Shown in pieces: positions 10,322-20,034 of a stretch of 64,000 bases of DNA. The translations under genes and the position numbers were made by a program. The stretch is from Candidatus Poribacteria bacterium. Lineage in GTDB: Bacteria; Poribacteria; WGA-4E; PCPOR2b. Numbering within the stretch: position 1 is the stretch's first letter; each line of letters opens with the position of its first letter. Below the pieces are notes generated by a model, which was not told the DNA's origin, searched no databases, and saw nothing but the letters and a program-made list of their open reading frames with translations. The DNA lies in contig OZ220744.1 of NCBI GenBank assembly GCA_965116925.1, positions 1-64,000 of the forward strand. The letters are read 5' to 3'.

Positions 10322-11061
10322 TGAAATTCTCCGGACGTGGAATCTTGCTCGATATCGAAGGCACAACTTCGTCGGTCAGCTTTGTCTACGATGTGATGTT
10401 CCCTTTCGTCCGCCGCGAATTGGATCAATATCTGTTTGCGAATTGGGATTCGACGGTGTTAAACGAGGTGTGCGATCTGATTGCCAAAGACGCCGGTTAT
10501 GAATCTTTCGTTGCGTGGTGTGGGAGCGAGACTGAGGTGGGCAAACAGCAGCAACTGCTCCGGGCGGAGGTCCTTCGATTGATGGATGGCGATGCCAAAG
10601 CGACGGGACTGAAAGCACTTCAAGGCATAATCTGGCAGTCTGGCTTTGAAAGTGGCGAAATGCAGGCGCACATCTACGATGATGTTCTCCCTGCGATTCA
10701 GGCTTGGAACGACGCTGGGTGCGATGTCCGCATTTTTTCATCTGGGAGCATTGCGGCGCAGAAATTATTTTTCGGGCATACCGCAGTTGGGAATATTCTG
10801 CACCTGTTTCGAGGGCATTACGACACAACCACCGGTCCAAAAAAGGAAGCAGCGAGTTACCAAGCAATCGCCAAAGGCTTTGGTCTGCCGCCCGCACAGA
10901 TTCTCTTTTTAAGCGATGTGCTTGATGAGTTAGAGGCAGCCCGCGCCGCCGGTCTACAAACCGGCTTGTGCAAACGTCCGGGCAATGCGAAAGTTGCGGT
11001 TGGGCACGGTCAGCCAGAGATTACGTCATTCGACCAGATTGAGCTATCGCGTGAGGTCTAA
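10321..11061 (+). CDS. mtnC: Enolase-phosphatase E1 (acireductone synthase)
   Basis: LLDIEGTT, FVYDVMFP, DAKATGLKALQG, SSGSIAAQKLFF and FLSD HAD motifs; start overlaps the mtnD stop. Confidence 0.94.
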   Translation: MKFSGRGILLDIEGTTSSVSFVYDVMFPFVRRELDQYLFANWDSTVLNEVCDLIAKDAGYESFVAWCGSETEVGKQQQLLRAEVLRLMDGDAKATGLKALQGIIWQSGFESGEMQAHIYDDVLPAIQAWNDAGCDVRIFSSGSIAAQKLFFGHTAVGNILHLFRGHYDTTTGPKKEAASYQAIAKGFGLPPAQILFLSDVLDELEAARAAGLQTGLCKRPGNAKVAVGHGQPEITSFDQIELSREV

Positions 11062-11100
11062 AGAACATCATGGCTGTGTCGCTAGGTTGGTTGTTTCTAT

Positions 11101-12270
11101 CTACGAGGTGGCAGCCCTTGCGGCCTCAAACCCCTTAACCGCTGTCTCTAAATCTTCAGTTGTGTGAGATGCAATTACAGAAATCCGCAACCGGCTCGTT
11201 CCTTCCGGTACGGTGGGTGGTCGAATAGCAGGAGCGTATACACCGTGTGCAAGCAGAACTTCAGCGAACCGTGACGCGACCTCCACAGAACCGAGGAGCA
11301 GCGGAAGAATTTGGGTCTGACTCGGTAGCAGTTGGAATCCTCTTTCCAGCAAAGCATTTTTGAGCAGAAGAACGTTGGATGACAACCGTTGGCGTAATTC
11401 AGGGTTGGAACGGATTACGTCAATCGCTGCCGAAGCACCTGCCAAGGTGGCGGGTGGGAGACCTGTCGTGAAAATGAATCCCCGCGCTCGATTTATTAGG
11501 AAATCAATCAAGGCAATGCTGCCGGCGACATATCCCCCCAATCCGCCGATCGCTTTGCTCAACGTTCCCATCTGAATCACGCCACGATTTTCCAATCCGA
11601 AATGTTCAATTGCCCCACCACCGGTTTCCCCTAAAACGCCAAAGCCATGTGCGTCATCAACCATTACGGTTGCGTCGTATTGTTCAGCTAGTTTACAGAT
11701 TTCAGGGAGTGGTGCGATGTCGCCATCCATACTGAAGACGCCATCGGTCACAATAAGCCTGTGTCTAAATTTCATTGATTGTGCGAGTAGCGACTCTAGA
11801 TGCTCGACATCGCAATGCCGATAGATCTGTTTTGTCGCTTGACTGAGGCGGCACCCATCGATAATACTTGCATGATTGAGGGCATCGCTGAGAATCAGAT
11901 CTGCCTCACCTACCAACACAGGGATTGTTCCAATATTCGCTAGATATCCAGAACCGAAAACAAGGGCGGCTTCTGTCCCCTTCGCTTTAGCAATCTTTGC
12001 CTCAAGTTCGGTGTAAAGGTGACAATTGCCTGACATCAGGCGAGAGGCACTGGCACCCGTTCCGTATTTCTGCACAGCTGTGGCAGCAGCTTCAACCACT
12101 ATTGGGTGCACACTCAAGCCGAGGTAGTTGTTTGATCCGAGCAGAATAACCTCGCGTCCATCAAGCAGAGTGCGCCCTGTTGGTGCTGTCATGACGGAAC
12201 GGAGTGATCGCGAAAGCCCAGCTTGATCAAGTTGGGCTAATTCGGATTTCAGCCAGTGCGCTTTAGGCAT
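11101..12270 (-). CDS. bioF: 8-amino-7-oxononanoate synthase
   Basis: SNNYLGL, SGYLAN, DALNHASIIDG, DGVFSMDGD, DDAH, GTLSKA and AIRPPTVP motifs. Confidence 0.9.
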   Translation of the reverse strand: MPKAHWLKSELAQLDQAGLSRSLRSVMTAPTGRTLLDGREVILLGSNNYLGLSVHPIVVEAAATAVQKYGTGASASRLMSGNCHLYTELEAKIAKAKGTEAALVFGSGYLANIGTIPVLVGEADLILSDALNHASIIDGCRLSQATKQIYRHCDVEHLESLLAQSMKFRHRLIVTDGVFSMDGDIAPLPEICKLAEQYDATVMVDDAHGFGVLGETGGGAIEHFGLENRGVIQMGTLSKAIGGLGGYVAGSIALIDFLINRARGFIFTTGLPPATLAGASAAIDVIRSNPELRQRLSSNVLLLKNALLERGFQLLPSQTQILPLLLGSVEVASRFAEVLLAHGVYAPAIRPPTVPEGTSRLRISVIASHTTEDLETAVKGFEAARAATS

Positions 12271-12394
12271 GGGGTGTCAGAGAGATGTGCTATCGATCGC
12301 TCTAAGGGGATGCGTCTCACGGTGTCATACGTGAGACATAAAACGAGATGGGATGTGGTGATTTTAATTGTTCCAAAATGGCATGAAGAATTTG

Positions 12395-13366
12395 TTACGA
12401 CGAACCTGTCAATTTCTGTGTGATATTATCCCAACCGCTAGGTGCTTCTTCAGAAACCTGCGACGGTATCTTATTGGCGTGGATAACAGTGATACCGTAA
12501 TCAAAGACCTCATCAACGGTATATTCGATGGTGTCATAGGTCACTTTTTCGCCCTGTTCTGGCAACCGACCAATAAGTTTGAGTATAAATCCCCCAATCG
12601 TATCGGAGCGATCTTTGGGAATATTTGTAATTAGTGTTGTATTAACAATATCGATCGGTGTTCGTGCATCGAGTGTCCATGAATTGTTCCCTAGTGCTTC
12701 GACATGTAGCGGCTGCCGTTTATGGGAATAGCGAATCTCACCCACAATCTGCTCAAGGAGATCGTCCAAACCTATAAATCCAACACAGCTACCGTGTTCA
12801 TCAATAATGATTGTCACAGGTTCTGTGGCAAGCCGTAATTCTTCAAGTAATTCACCTATCAGCTTTGTTTCTGGGATATAGTATGCAGGCCTGATGAAGG
12901 TATTGAGTTCGTTCGTTCCCTGTGGAGCGTATAAAATGTCCATGATACTCACGATTCCCGTTAACCGGTCAATCCGTTCTTCATAGATTGGAACAAACTG
13001 ATAGTTAGAATGCTGTACCATCGCTTTTGCCTGTTCAATCGGCGTGGCAATATGAACCGCCACCATTTCCGATAAGGGAATCATGATTTCTCTTGCGGTT
13101 GTCTGCGAAAGCGCAAAAATTCCATGCAACATCCGCGCGTCAGCCTCTGAGAAGGCACTGACATTGTCGAGGACAATCTGTTTAATTTGTTCTGCTTTGG
13201 GATCTCCCTTAAGTTTCCGTTTCCTGAATAAGCCGCGTTCCGGTTTAGCTGTAATTGCCGGCGTGGGAAGTGTTTGTTTTGGTCTATCTGCTACAACTAG
13301 TGAATCGGTTGTCTGTTTCGTAGTTTTTGAATCTTTTTTCGTTGACTTAGATCTATTGTTTTTCAA
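12395..13366 (-). CDS. CBS-pair/CorC-HlyC domain protein without transmembrane domain
   Basis: AREIMIP, PAYYIPETK, IIDEHG, DLLEQIVGEI and TIGGFI...GRLP motifs; Lys/Thr-rich N-terminus. Confidence 0.85.
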   Translation of the reverse strand: MKNNRSKSTKKDSKTTKQTTDSLVVADRPKQTLPTPAITAKPERGLFRKRKLKGDPKAEQIKQIVLDNVSAFSEADARMLHGIFALSQTTAREIMIPLSEMVAVHIATPIEQAKAMVQHSNYQFVPIYEERIDRLTGIVSIMDILYAPQGTNELNTFIRPAYYIPETKLIGELLEELRLATEPVTIIIDEHGSCVGFIGLDDLLEQIVGEIRYSHKRQPLHVEALGNNSWTLDARTPIDIVNTTLITNIPKDRSDTIGGFILKLIGRLPEQGEKVTYDTIEYTVDEVFDYGITVIHANKIPSQVSEEAPSGWDNITQKLTGSS

Positions 13367-13457
13367 TTGTATTTCACTCCCATTTTAGATAATTGCAATC
13401 ACTCTATTGAAGAAAATTGTGCAGTATGATTGAGGTTTGGCATACAAAAACAAAATG

Positions 13458-13487
13458 ATTATAGCACATCTCACGAGTGTCTTTCAA
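13458..13487 (-). promoter_or_regulatory. Putative sigma-70 promoter of the CBS gene and bioF
   Basis: TTGAAA-18 nt-TATAAT with extended -10 TG. Confidence 0.5.
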
Positions 13488-13667
13488 TCAAAAACCGTCT
13501 ATCGATTCCAGGGATTTATCCCGAATTCATTTGGATTACACAGGAAATTTACAGAAATTCCAAGTATCCAGTCAACTTAATTTACCGGGTTATTCCCAAT
13601 TCCAACGGAGGATTTCCGACTCTATCAGGGCTTTGAATCACTTTGATGATAAGAACATTTTTTCCGC

Positions 13668-13696
13668 TTGCCAACGATGAAAGAAGGTGCTACAAT
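13668..13696 (+). promoter_or_regulatory. Putative sigma-70 promoter of the oxidoreductase/permease/AKR unit
   Basis: TTGCCA-17 nt-TACAAT with extended -10 TG. Confidence 0.55.
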
Positions 13697-13878
13697 ACAC
13701 ATTTCACATACTATGATAATGCGTGTTTTGATTATTCTCGCTATTACTTAGGGTAATGACCTGCTTAATCCACCGTCGTAAGTTGGTCTGTCCCTATCGA
13801 ATTGATGGTGCGGGTTGTAGGTTTTGCAACGAATCAAGGTATTGATATACGACTCTTCACGCAAAAGGATTTTACAAT

Positions 13879-14856
13879 ATGGTCAATTTCGCAGTTGTAG
13901 GTTTAGGCGTGGGTAGCAGCCGCGCGCGGATGATTAAAAACACAGAAGGTGCCGAACTGAAGTGCGTCGTTGATTTGAATGAAGCTCTTGCCAAACAGAT
14001 CGCTGAAGAGCTGGACACCGAGTGGACACCGAATCTGGATGATGTCTTGGGTCGGAGCGATATCGACTGCGTTATGGTGATGACGCCGAGCGGGACCCAC
14101 GCAGCACTCGGCATCCGCGTAGCACAGGCGGGGAAGCATGTGATTACTACCAAGCCGATGGATGTTTCGACCGAAGCCTGCGATCGCCTCATCGCTGCCT
14201 GTGACGAGGCAGGTGTCAAGCTAGCTGTTGATTATCAAAGCCGCTATGTGGATACCAACTATCGCGTCGCCGAAGCCCTTCAGCGTGGCTGGCTCGGTCA
14301 GCCTATTCTGGGCGAGGTCCGCTTCAAGTGGTTCAGAGCCGACGAGTATTTTGAGCGGAACGGCGGTTGGCGCGGAACGTGGGAGATGGATGGTGGCGGA
14401 TCTCTAGCGAATCAGGGGGCGCATCTGCTAGATCTTATTTCTTGGTTCATGGGCGATTTTGAATCGGTCTACGGTGAGATGGCAATTATGAATCACGACA
14501 TTGAAACCGAAGACATCGGGCTCGCGATTGTGAATTTTAAGAGCGGTGCCAAAGGGGTCGTTGTTGGAACAACAACCTTTCCGACAAGCGTCTATTTCAG
14601 TGCTGAAGTACACGGGACTGAAGGTGGGATTCTGGTTGACGATGTACTTGGTGGGAAGATGCGTGTATTCGGTGAAGGGTTAGAGGGACGGCTCCAACAG
14701 ATTGAGAATCCTATTCACAGTATCATCGAAGATTTTGTTCAGGCTTTTGAGGAAGGTGGAGATCTGAGAGTTGATGGCAGGGAAGGGCGCCGAACCGTTG
14801 CACTGTTGGAGAAAATCTACCAATCAGCCAGAGAAGGAAAAATCCTGAGTGTCTGA
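13879..14856 (+). CDS. Gfo/Idh/MocA-family oxidoreductase
   Basis: AVVGLG, GKHVITTKP and WRGTWEMDGGGSLANQGAHLLD motifs. Confidence 0.92.
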   Translation: MVNFAVVGLGVGSSRARMIKNTEGAELKCVVDLNEALAKQIAEELDTEWTPNLDDVLGRSDIDCVMVMTPSGTHAALGIRVAQAGKHVITTKPMDVSTEACDRLIAACDEAGVKLAVDYQSRYVDTNYRVAEALQRGWLGQPILGEVRFKWFRADEYFERNGGWRGTWEMDGGGSLANQGAHLLDLISWFMGDFESVYGEMAIMNHDIETEDIGLAIVNFKSGAKGVVVGTTTFPTSVYFSAEVHGTEGGILVDDVLGGKMRVFGEGLEGRLQQIENPIHSIIEDFVQAFEEGGDLRVDGREGRRTVALLEKIYQSAREGKILSV

Positions 14857-14906
14857 GGACATACGAAATCTGTTTTTCGGGTCATTTGTCAAAATGGAGA
14901 TTGTGA

Positions 14907-16844
14907 TTGGAAGAAATTAAAACACAGCCGCGGAATAAAGGAGCAACGGGACGCGCTGTCCTAATTGGTCTGGCGCTTGTCGCCTTCAATGCCTATTGGG
15001 TAACAATTACGGAGATGAAATACCGAGCGGAAGCGACTGCACTGCCGATATTCATCTATCCGATCTTTCTCCTGTTCTGGTTGGTCGTGCTCAACAACGG
15101 TATATTGCGACTGTGGCCACGGATTCAATTCTCGATGGGAGAACTCCTCACCATCTACTCGATGATTGTGGTCTCGACCTCGATTGCATCGTATGGGATG
15201 TTGCAAGATCTTTTCGCTATCGCGCTCCATCCCTACCAATTTGCAACCCAAGAGAATGAATGGAAGGAACTCTTTTTCCATTACATCCCGCCTTGGTTTA
15301 CCGCTAGCCCACCCGATGCCATATTAACCGGATACTATGAAGGGGACGCCTCCTTTTACGAGCCTAAGCACTTCAAAGCATGGATGCGTCCTATAATAGT
15401 TTGGACGGTGTTCACACTGGTCTTGCTATTTATGCTCCACTGCATCAACACCCTCGTTCGACGGCAGTGGGTGCATACTGAACGGCTCGCATTTCCAATC
15501 ATCCAGCTGCCTGTAGCGATGGCGCAGTCGTCGCATTTTTTGCGGAATGGTCTACTGTGGGTCGGATTCTCTATCCCTTTCGTCTTGGACCTCATGAACG
15601 GGTTACATGTCCTTTTCCCGTCTGTTCCATACCTTCATCTCAAGCTACATTTTATCGGCAGACAGCTCACTGAGAAGCCTTGGGATGCGATGTCCAATAC
15701 GATGATATCTTTCTATCCGTTCATGATCGGGCTCGGTTTTTTTCTGCCGTTGGACCTCTCGTTTACCTGCTGGTTTTTCTTCCTGATACGCCAGTTCAGC
15801 CGCGTATTAAGTAGCTATCTTGGGTTGGACACGCTCCCCGGTTTTCCCTACTTCTATGAACAGTCTGCCGGTGCATGGATTTGCATGTGCCTCATTGCTA
15901 TTTGGGTGACGCGGAGGCACTTGGCTTTTGCGTTTCGGACAGCATTTTCTGAAAAATCGGCTGCCGATGCTGATGAACCAATGCGCTATCGAACGGCATT
16001 GTTCGGACTAGTTGGCGGATTTCTGTTCATGTTTATTTTCTCTTATCAAGCGGGCATGTCGGTGATAGCGATTCCAGTTTTCTTTGGACTTTATTTTGCT
16101 ATCGCTATCGCTGTTACCCGCTTAAGAGCGGAATTCGGGGCACCCCACGGTATCTTCAACCATCCTGCGGACATGATGGTGACCGCTTTAGGGACGCTGA
16201 CTTGGGGTGGTGGTAGTTTAACCGTAATGAGTTTTTATCAATGGTTCAATCGGAGTTATCGCTCGCACGCGATGCCAAATCAGTTTGAGCCGCTCAAGAT
16301 GGCTGAAGTTGCTCGCATTAACGGTCGTAGATTGATAATTGCGATGATGGTCGGGGCAGCTGTGGCACTCGTCGTTGGAATGTGGACAAACCTAGACATG
16401 ATGTACCGAGACGGTGCATCGGCACGAGTCTCATTCTTCAAGGGTTGGGTCGCCAATACTGCGTGGACCCGATTAGAAAATTGGCTATTTCACCCAATGC
16501 CGCCCGACGTGCCGCGCACTACATTCATGGGCGTTGGTATGGCGATCGTGATAATTCTTCATGTCTTACGAACCCGTTTCTTTTGGTGGCCCCTTCACCC
16601 TGCCGGTTACCCACTTGCCGTTAGTTTTGCTATTGATTACTTCTGGTTTACTTTTCTCATCAGTTGGACAGTGAAAGCCATTATTTTGCGGGTTGGTCAG
16701 GTCAGGGGGTATCAACGCTCCATCCCGTTCTTCTTTGGTTTAATCTTGGGTGACTTTATCACCGGCGGGCTCTGGATGATCTACGGCGTTCTGACACAAC
16801 AGCAGACGTATATGATCTACTTGAATGGCGGAACATGGTATTGA
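14907..16844 (+). CDS. Large polytopic membrane protein (DUF6785/DUF6784-like putative transporter)
   Basis: Many TM helices with RRQW..ERL.FP..QLP, RLRAEFG, WWPLHPAGY and FFGLILGD motifs recalled from this family. Confidence 0.75.
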   Translation: MEEIKTQPRNKGATGRAVLIGLALVAFNAYWVTITEMKYRAEATALPIFIYPIFLLFWLVVLNNGILRLWPRIQFSMGELLTIYSMIVVSTSIASYGMLQDLFAIALHPYQFATQENEWKELFFHYIPPWFTASPPDAILTGYYEGDASFYEPKHFKAWMRPIIVWTVFTLVLLFMLHCINTLVRRQWVHTERLAFPIIQLPVAMAQSSHFLRNGLLWVGFSIPFVLDLMNGLHVLFPSVPYLHLKLHFIGRQLTEKPWDAMSNTMISFYPFMIGLGFFLPLDLSFTCWFFFLIRQFSRVLSSYLGLDTLPGFPYFYEQSAGAWICMCLIAIWVTRRHLAFAFRTAFSEKSAADADEPMRYRTALFGLVGGFLFMFIFSYQAGMSVIAIPVFFGLYFAIAIAVTRLRAEFGAPHGIFNHPADMMVTALGTLTWGGGSLTVMSFYQWFNRSYRSHAMPNQFEPLKMAEVARINGRRLIIAMMVGAAVALVVGMWTNLDMMYRDGASARVSFFKGWVANTAWTRLENWLFHPMPPDVPRTTFMGVGMAIVIILHVLRTRFFWWPLHPAGYPLAVSFAIDYFWFTFLISWTVKAIILRVGQVRGYQRSIPFFFGLILGDFITGGLWMIYGVLTQQQTYMIYLNGGTWY

Positions 16845-16884
16845 AATATAGATCGCAAAAAATTCAACAGAGGGAGATAGAATT

Positions 16885-17868
16885 GTGGAATATGTGAACT
16901 TTGGAACCGCCGGTGTCCAAGTGAGCCGGCTGGCTTTTGGCTTAGGTTTCAGAGGGCAGCCCGATGAAGCAGAAGCCCAGAGAGTCATCGAGCACGCTTT
17001 TGAACTTGGAATTAACCTCATTGATTGTGCAAATTGGTACGGTCCAATGGATGATCGAGCCAATCAGGGGCGTTCAGAGGTGATTCTGGGCAAGGCACTC
17101 AAAGGTAAGCGGGATAACGTTGTGATTACCACGAAGGTCGCCGCCCCCACAGGATCAGGTCCGAACGATGAAGGCTTATCGAGATATCACATCATGCGCG
17201 AAGTGGAGCGATCGCTCAAGCGATTGGACACAGACCATGTCGATGTCTATCTAGTCCATCGCTTCGATGAATTAACGCCACTTGAGGAGACAATACGGGC
17301 GTTAGACGATATCGTTCGTGCGGGGAAGGCGCGTTACGTCGGGTGCTGCAACTATGCAGCGTGGCAAGTTTGCAAATCTCTCTGGATTGCGGACAAGCGC
17401 AACGTAGCACCGTATATGTGCGTCCAAAATCTATACAATCTACTAAATCGTCAGATGGAAGGTGAGATGTTTAGTATGGTAAGAGATATGGGATTGGGTG
17501 CGATGGCGTTTAGTCCGTTGGCAGTCGGTCTTGTCAGTGGGGCATATTCACCGGATCGCCCACCACCATCGGGAACTCTTTTCGCGGGACGTAAGGACGA
17601 TTTTGCCCGAATGATGGATGAACGTTCCGCGCAGGTTATAACAACCGTTAGGCAGCTCGCTGATGAGTTGGGGAAAACACCCGCTCAACTGGCTATAGCT
17701 TGGGTGCTTTCACATCCAGAAATCACAGTCGCTATCAGCGGTGCCGATACAATCGAACACCTGAACGATAATATTGGTGCTGTCGGTTGGACACTTGATG
17801 ATTCTGTCCGAGAAAAACTGGATGCTGTTTCCGAATCATTCGTCGGACGGCCCCAAGGAAGTTTCTAG
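16885..17868 (+). CDS. Aldo/keto reductase
   Basis: G..VSRL, D.A..Y, SE..LG, TK, SLKRLDTD, GKARYVG and AQLAIAW motifs. Confidence 0.93.
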   Translation: MEYVNFGTAGVQVSRLAFGLGFRGQPDEAEAQRVIEHAFELGINLIDCANWYGPMDDRANQGRSEVILGKALKGKRDNVVITTKVAAPTGSGPNDEGLSRYHIMREVERSLKRLDTDHVDVYLVHRFDELTPLEETIRALDDIVRAGKARYVGCCNYAAWQVCKSLWIADKRNVAPYMCVQNLYNLLNRQMEGEMFSMVRDMGLGAMAFSPLAVGLVSGAYSPDRPPPSGTLFAGRKDDFARMMDERSAQVITTVRQLADELGKTPAQLAIAWVLSHPEITVAISGADTIEHLNDNIGAVGWTLDDSVREKLDAVSESFVGRPQGSF

Positions 17869-17917
17869 CGTATCTCAAGTTGAGAAAAAATAGCTTCAAA
17901 ACTTGAGACACGCTAGA
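17864..17917. repeat. Inverted repeat between convergent genes (bidirectional terminator or mini-MITE)
   Basis: Arms TCTAGCGTATCTCAAGTT and AACTTGAGACACGCTAGA are complementary at 17 of 18 positions, with an 18-nt spacer. Confidence 0.7.
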
Positions 17918-17937
17918 CGCTTTTTCCTATTTGCAAG

Positions 17938-18840
17938 CTAAAACCCACGCTTCATCTTGCCCCAGGTGACGGTGAGTTTGCCAGCCGGGTCAACCGATAG
18001 CGAGTTTTTGACATTTTTGGTAATTTCGTCCGGACTGAGTGTCCGGTCGTAAACACGATAGATAGCGATGGAACAGTTACAGGTGCGCTGCTGTTCAATA
18101 CGGGCGGAAGTAAATATACCGTGCTGTAGCATTTGGTGCGCTGGATCCCACTCCACCTCAGTTGGAGTGTTGGAAACCTCGGTGCCATCTCGGTAGATTT
18201 TTATACTTTCGCCGCTTTTGAAGGCGATGTGCACCCAGTGCCACTCCTTCTGCCCGATGTTCAGCTTGTTTTTTCGTTTTGCTAAGTCTTGGCGATGTTG
18301 CACGACGTTCTGGGCGATGCTTATGTTTTGGAATATCCCACTACCGTTAGCATCTAACCAGACCCGAACAATCTGATCCCTCGGTGCCCCGGCATTCCAG
18401 CCATCTTTGATGGGAGCCCAGGGCCCAGTCTGGAGCCCAAAGACTTGGTGCTCCTCCAAAAAGAGGGGACCATTTATTCGCATAAGGAGCCCGACGGTAA
18501 AATCTTGAAGATGGATGGTAGGTGCATTTTTATCTTCCTCGTCGTTAGCAAAAACTTCCTTGGACTGAGTTGCGGTATACCAAGCAGCATCGTCCGACTT
18601 AACGCCAATTGCAGGGATTTCAATGGTGCCGTGTTCAAGGTTCGGCTTGCCAAACCCTTTTTTTACTTGGCCACCAGCTGTACCAGCGTTCCGCCACACA
18701 CCGTCGTTTTTCTGCTGGTGTGTTTCTACAGGATTAAAGTAGAGCACGGGGTCCCTGACTGGGCTCGCGGCAAACGCTATGGACGAGATGAGGACTGCGA
18801 TCAGGACCGTACTCAGAATAGCACTGTTAGATATTTTCAT
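17938..18840 (-). CDS. Secreted LamG-like jellyroll protein with C-terminal TWG tail
   Basis: Signal peptide (AFA), 'EWHWVHI', 'IYRDG', 'RVYDRTLSPDEI'; ends SVDPAGKLTVTWGKMKRGF. Confidence 0.8.
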   Translation of the reverse strand: MKISNSAILSTVLIAVLISSIAFAASPVRDPVLYFNPVETHQQKNDGVWRNAGTAGGQVKKGFGKPNLEHGTIEIPAIGVKSDDAAWYTATQSKEVFANDEEDKNAPTIHLQDFTVGLLMRINGPLFLEEHQVFGLQTGPWAPIKDGWNAGAPRDQIVRVWLDANGSGIFQNISIAQNVVQHRQDLAKRKNKLNIGQKEWHWVHIAFKSGESIKIYRDGTEVSNTPTEVEWDPAHQMLQHGIFTSARIEQQRTCNCSIAIYRVYDRTLSPDEITKNVKNSLSVDPAGKLTVTWGKMKRGF

Positions 18841-18968
18841 TTTGATCTATTCCTGATGGATTAGATGAGAGTCTGATATCTCCTGTTTATAAATCAATCA
18901 TTTAATCGAACAGGTATTGAAACATTGGTGAAGAGTTTGGAGATAATCTGTACGGGAAAATCTCCAAA

Positions 18969-19850
18969 CTAAAATCCACGCTTCATCTTGCCCCAAGTGA
19001 TGGCGAGTTTGCCAGCCGGGTCAACCGACAGCGAGTTTCTCACATTTTTGCTGATTTCATCTGGGGTGAGCACCCGGTCGTAGACTCGGTAGATAGCGAT
19101 GGAACAGTTACAGGTCCGCTGCTGCACCTCAAAATTAGAGGTGAATATGCCGTGAAGATTCAGATTGTGCGCCGGATCCCACTTAACTTCTGTTGGATTG
19201 GAGGCGGCCTCTGTGCCATCGAGGTAGGTGGTCACACTCACACCACTTTCAAAGGCAATATGAATCCAATGCCACTCGTTTTCTCCAAGCTTCAGCTTAT
19301 TTCGCCTGTTTGAAAAGTCGTGACGGGCTTGTATAACATTTTGGGCGATACTTACGTTTTGGACAATGCCTTTGCCGGCGACATCCAACCATATCCGAAC
19401 AACCTGCTCATGTGCCCGAGGCGGTATTTTCCCCTCGGTTTGGATGCCTATAATGATGTTTTCCTCTGCGAAATATGGACCGTTGACTCGCATAAGGAGC
19501 CCAATGGTGAAACTTTCGAGATTCAGAACTGGTGCTTTGCGGTCTTCCGCCTCGTTGGCGAAAACTGTCTTAGACCGAGTTGCGGTATACCAGGCGGCAT
19601 CGTCCGCCTTAAGACCGATTGATGGAATTTCAATGGGACCCATTTCAAGGACTGGTTTGGCTTCGCCCTTGCTAATTTCTCCGCCAGCGGTGCCGGCATT
19701 CTTCCAAGCGTTGTCGCCCTTGGCTTGCCGAGTTTCTAAAGGGTTGAAGTAAAGCACTGGTCTCTTCACCGGGCTCGCGGCAAGTGCTATGGAGGATGTC
19801 AGCACCATGATAAGCGCGAGGGTGAGGATAGTTCTGTTAGACGTTTTCAT
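18969..19850 (-). CDS. Secreted LamG-like jellyroll protein, tandem paralog
   Basis: Colinear with 17938..18840; ends SVDPAGKLAITWGKMKRGF. Confidence 0.8.
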   Translation of the reverse strand: MKTSNRTILTLALIMVLTSSIALAASPVKRPVLYFNPLETRQAKGDNAWKNAGTAGGEISKGEAKPVLEMGPIEIPSIGLKADDAAWYTATRSKTVFANEAEDRKAPVLNLESFTIGLLMRVNGPYFAEENIIIGIQTEGKIPPRAHEQVVRIWLDVAGKGIVQNVSIAQNVIQARHDFSNRRNKLKLGENEWHWIHIAFESGVSVTTYLDGTEAASNPTEVKWDPAHNLNLHGIFTSNFEVQQRTCNCSIAIYRVYDRVLTPDEISKNVRNSLSVDPAGKLAITWGKMKRGF

Positions 19851-20034
19851 ATTGATGCACTCCTTCTGCGTTCTGGTAGAGGAGAGTTTTATGCTCTCCC
19901 TGTTGAGCTACTGATAGCTTGTGCAATTCTGGTTGCCAAATCCCCACAATAAGACCTGAGAATCCTTATAAAAGTTTAACAAAAAATCACTCGATTGTCT
20001 ACAAAAATAAGCAATAGTACTGAGGTAACATCAG

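Noticed and set aside
13430..13680. Two short ORFs or an ncRNA in the divergent intergenic region
   Set aside because: No SD, homology or convincing structure; the region lies between two outward-facing promoters.
19921..19940. Possible sigma-54 promoter (TTGGCAACCAGAATTGCA, minus strand) upstream of the LamG pair
   Set aside because: GG-to-GC spacing is one base too long for the strict -24/-12 geometry.
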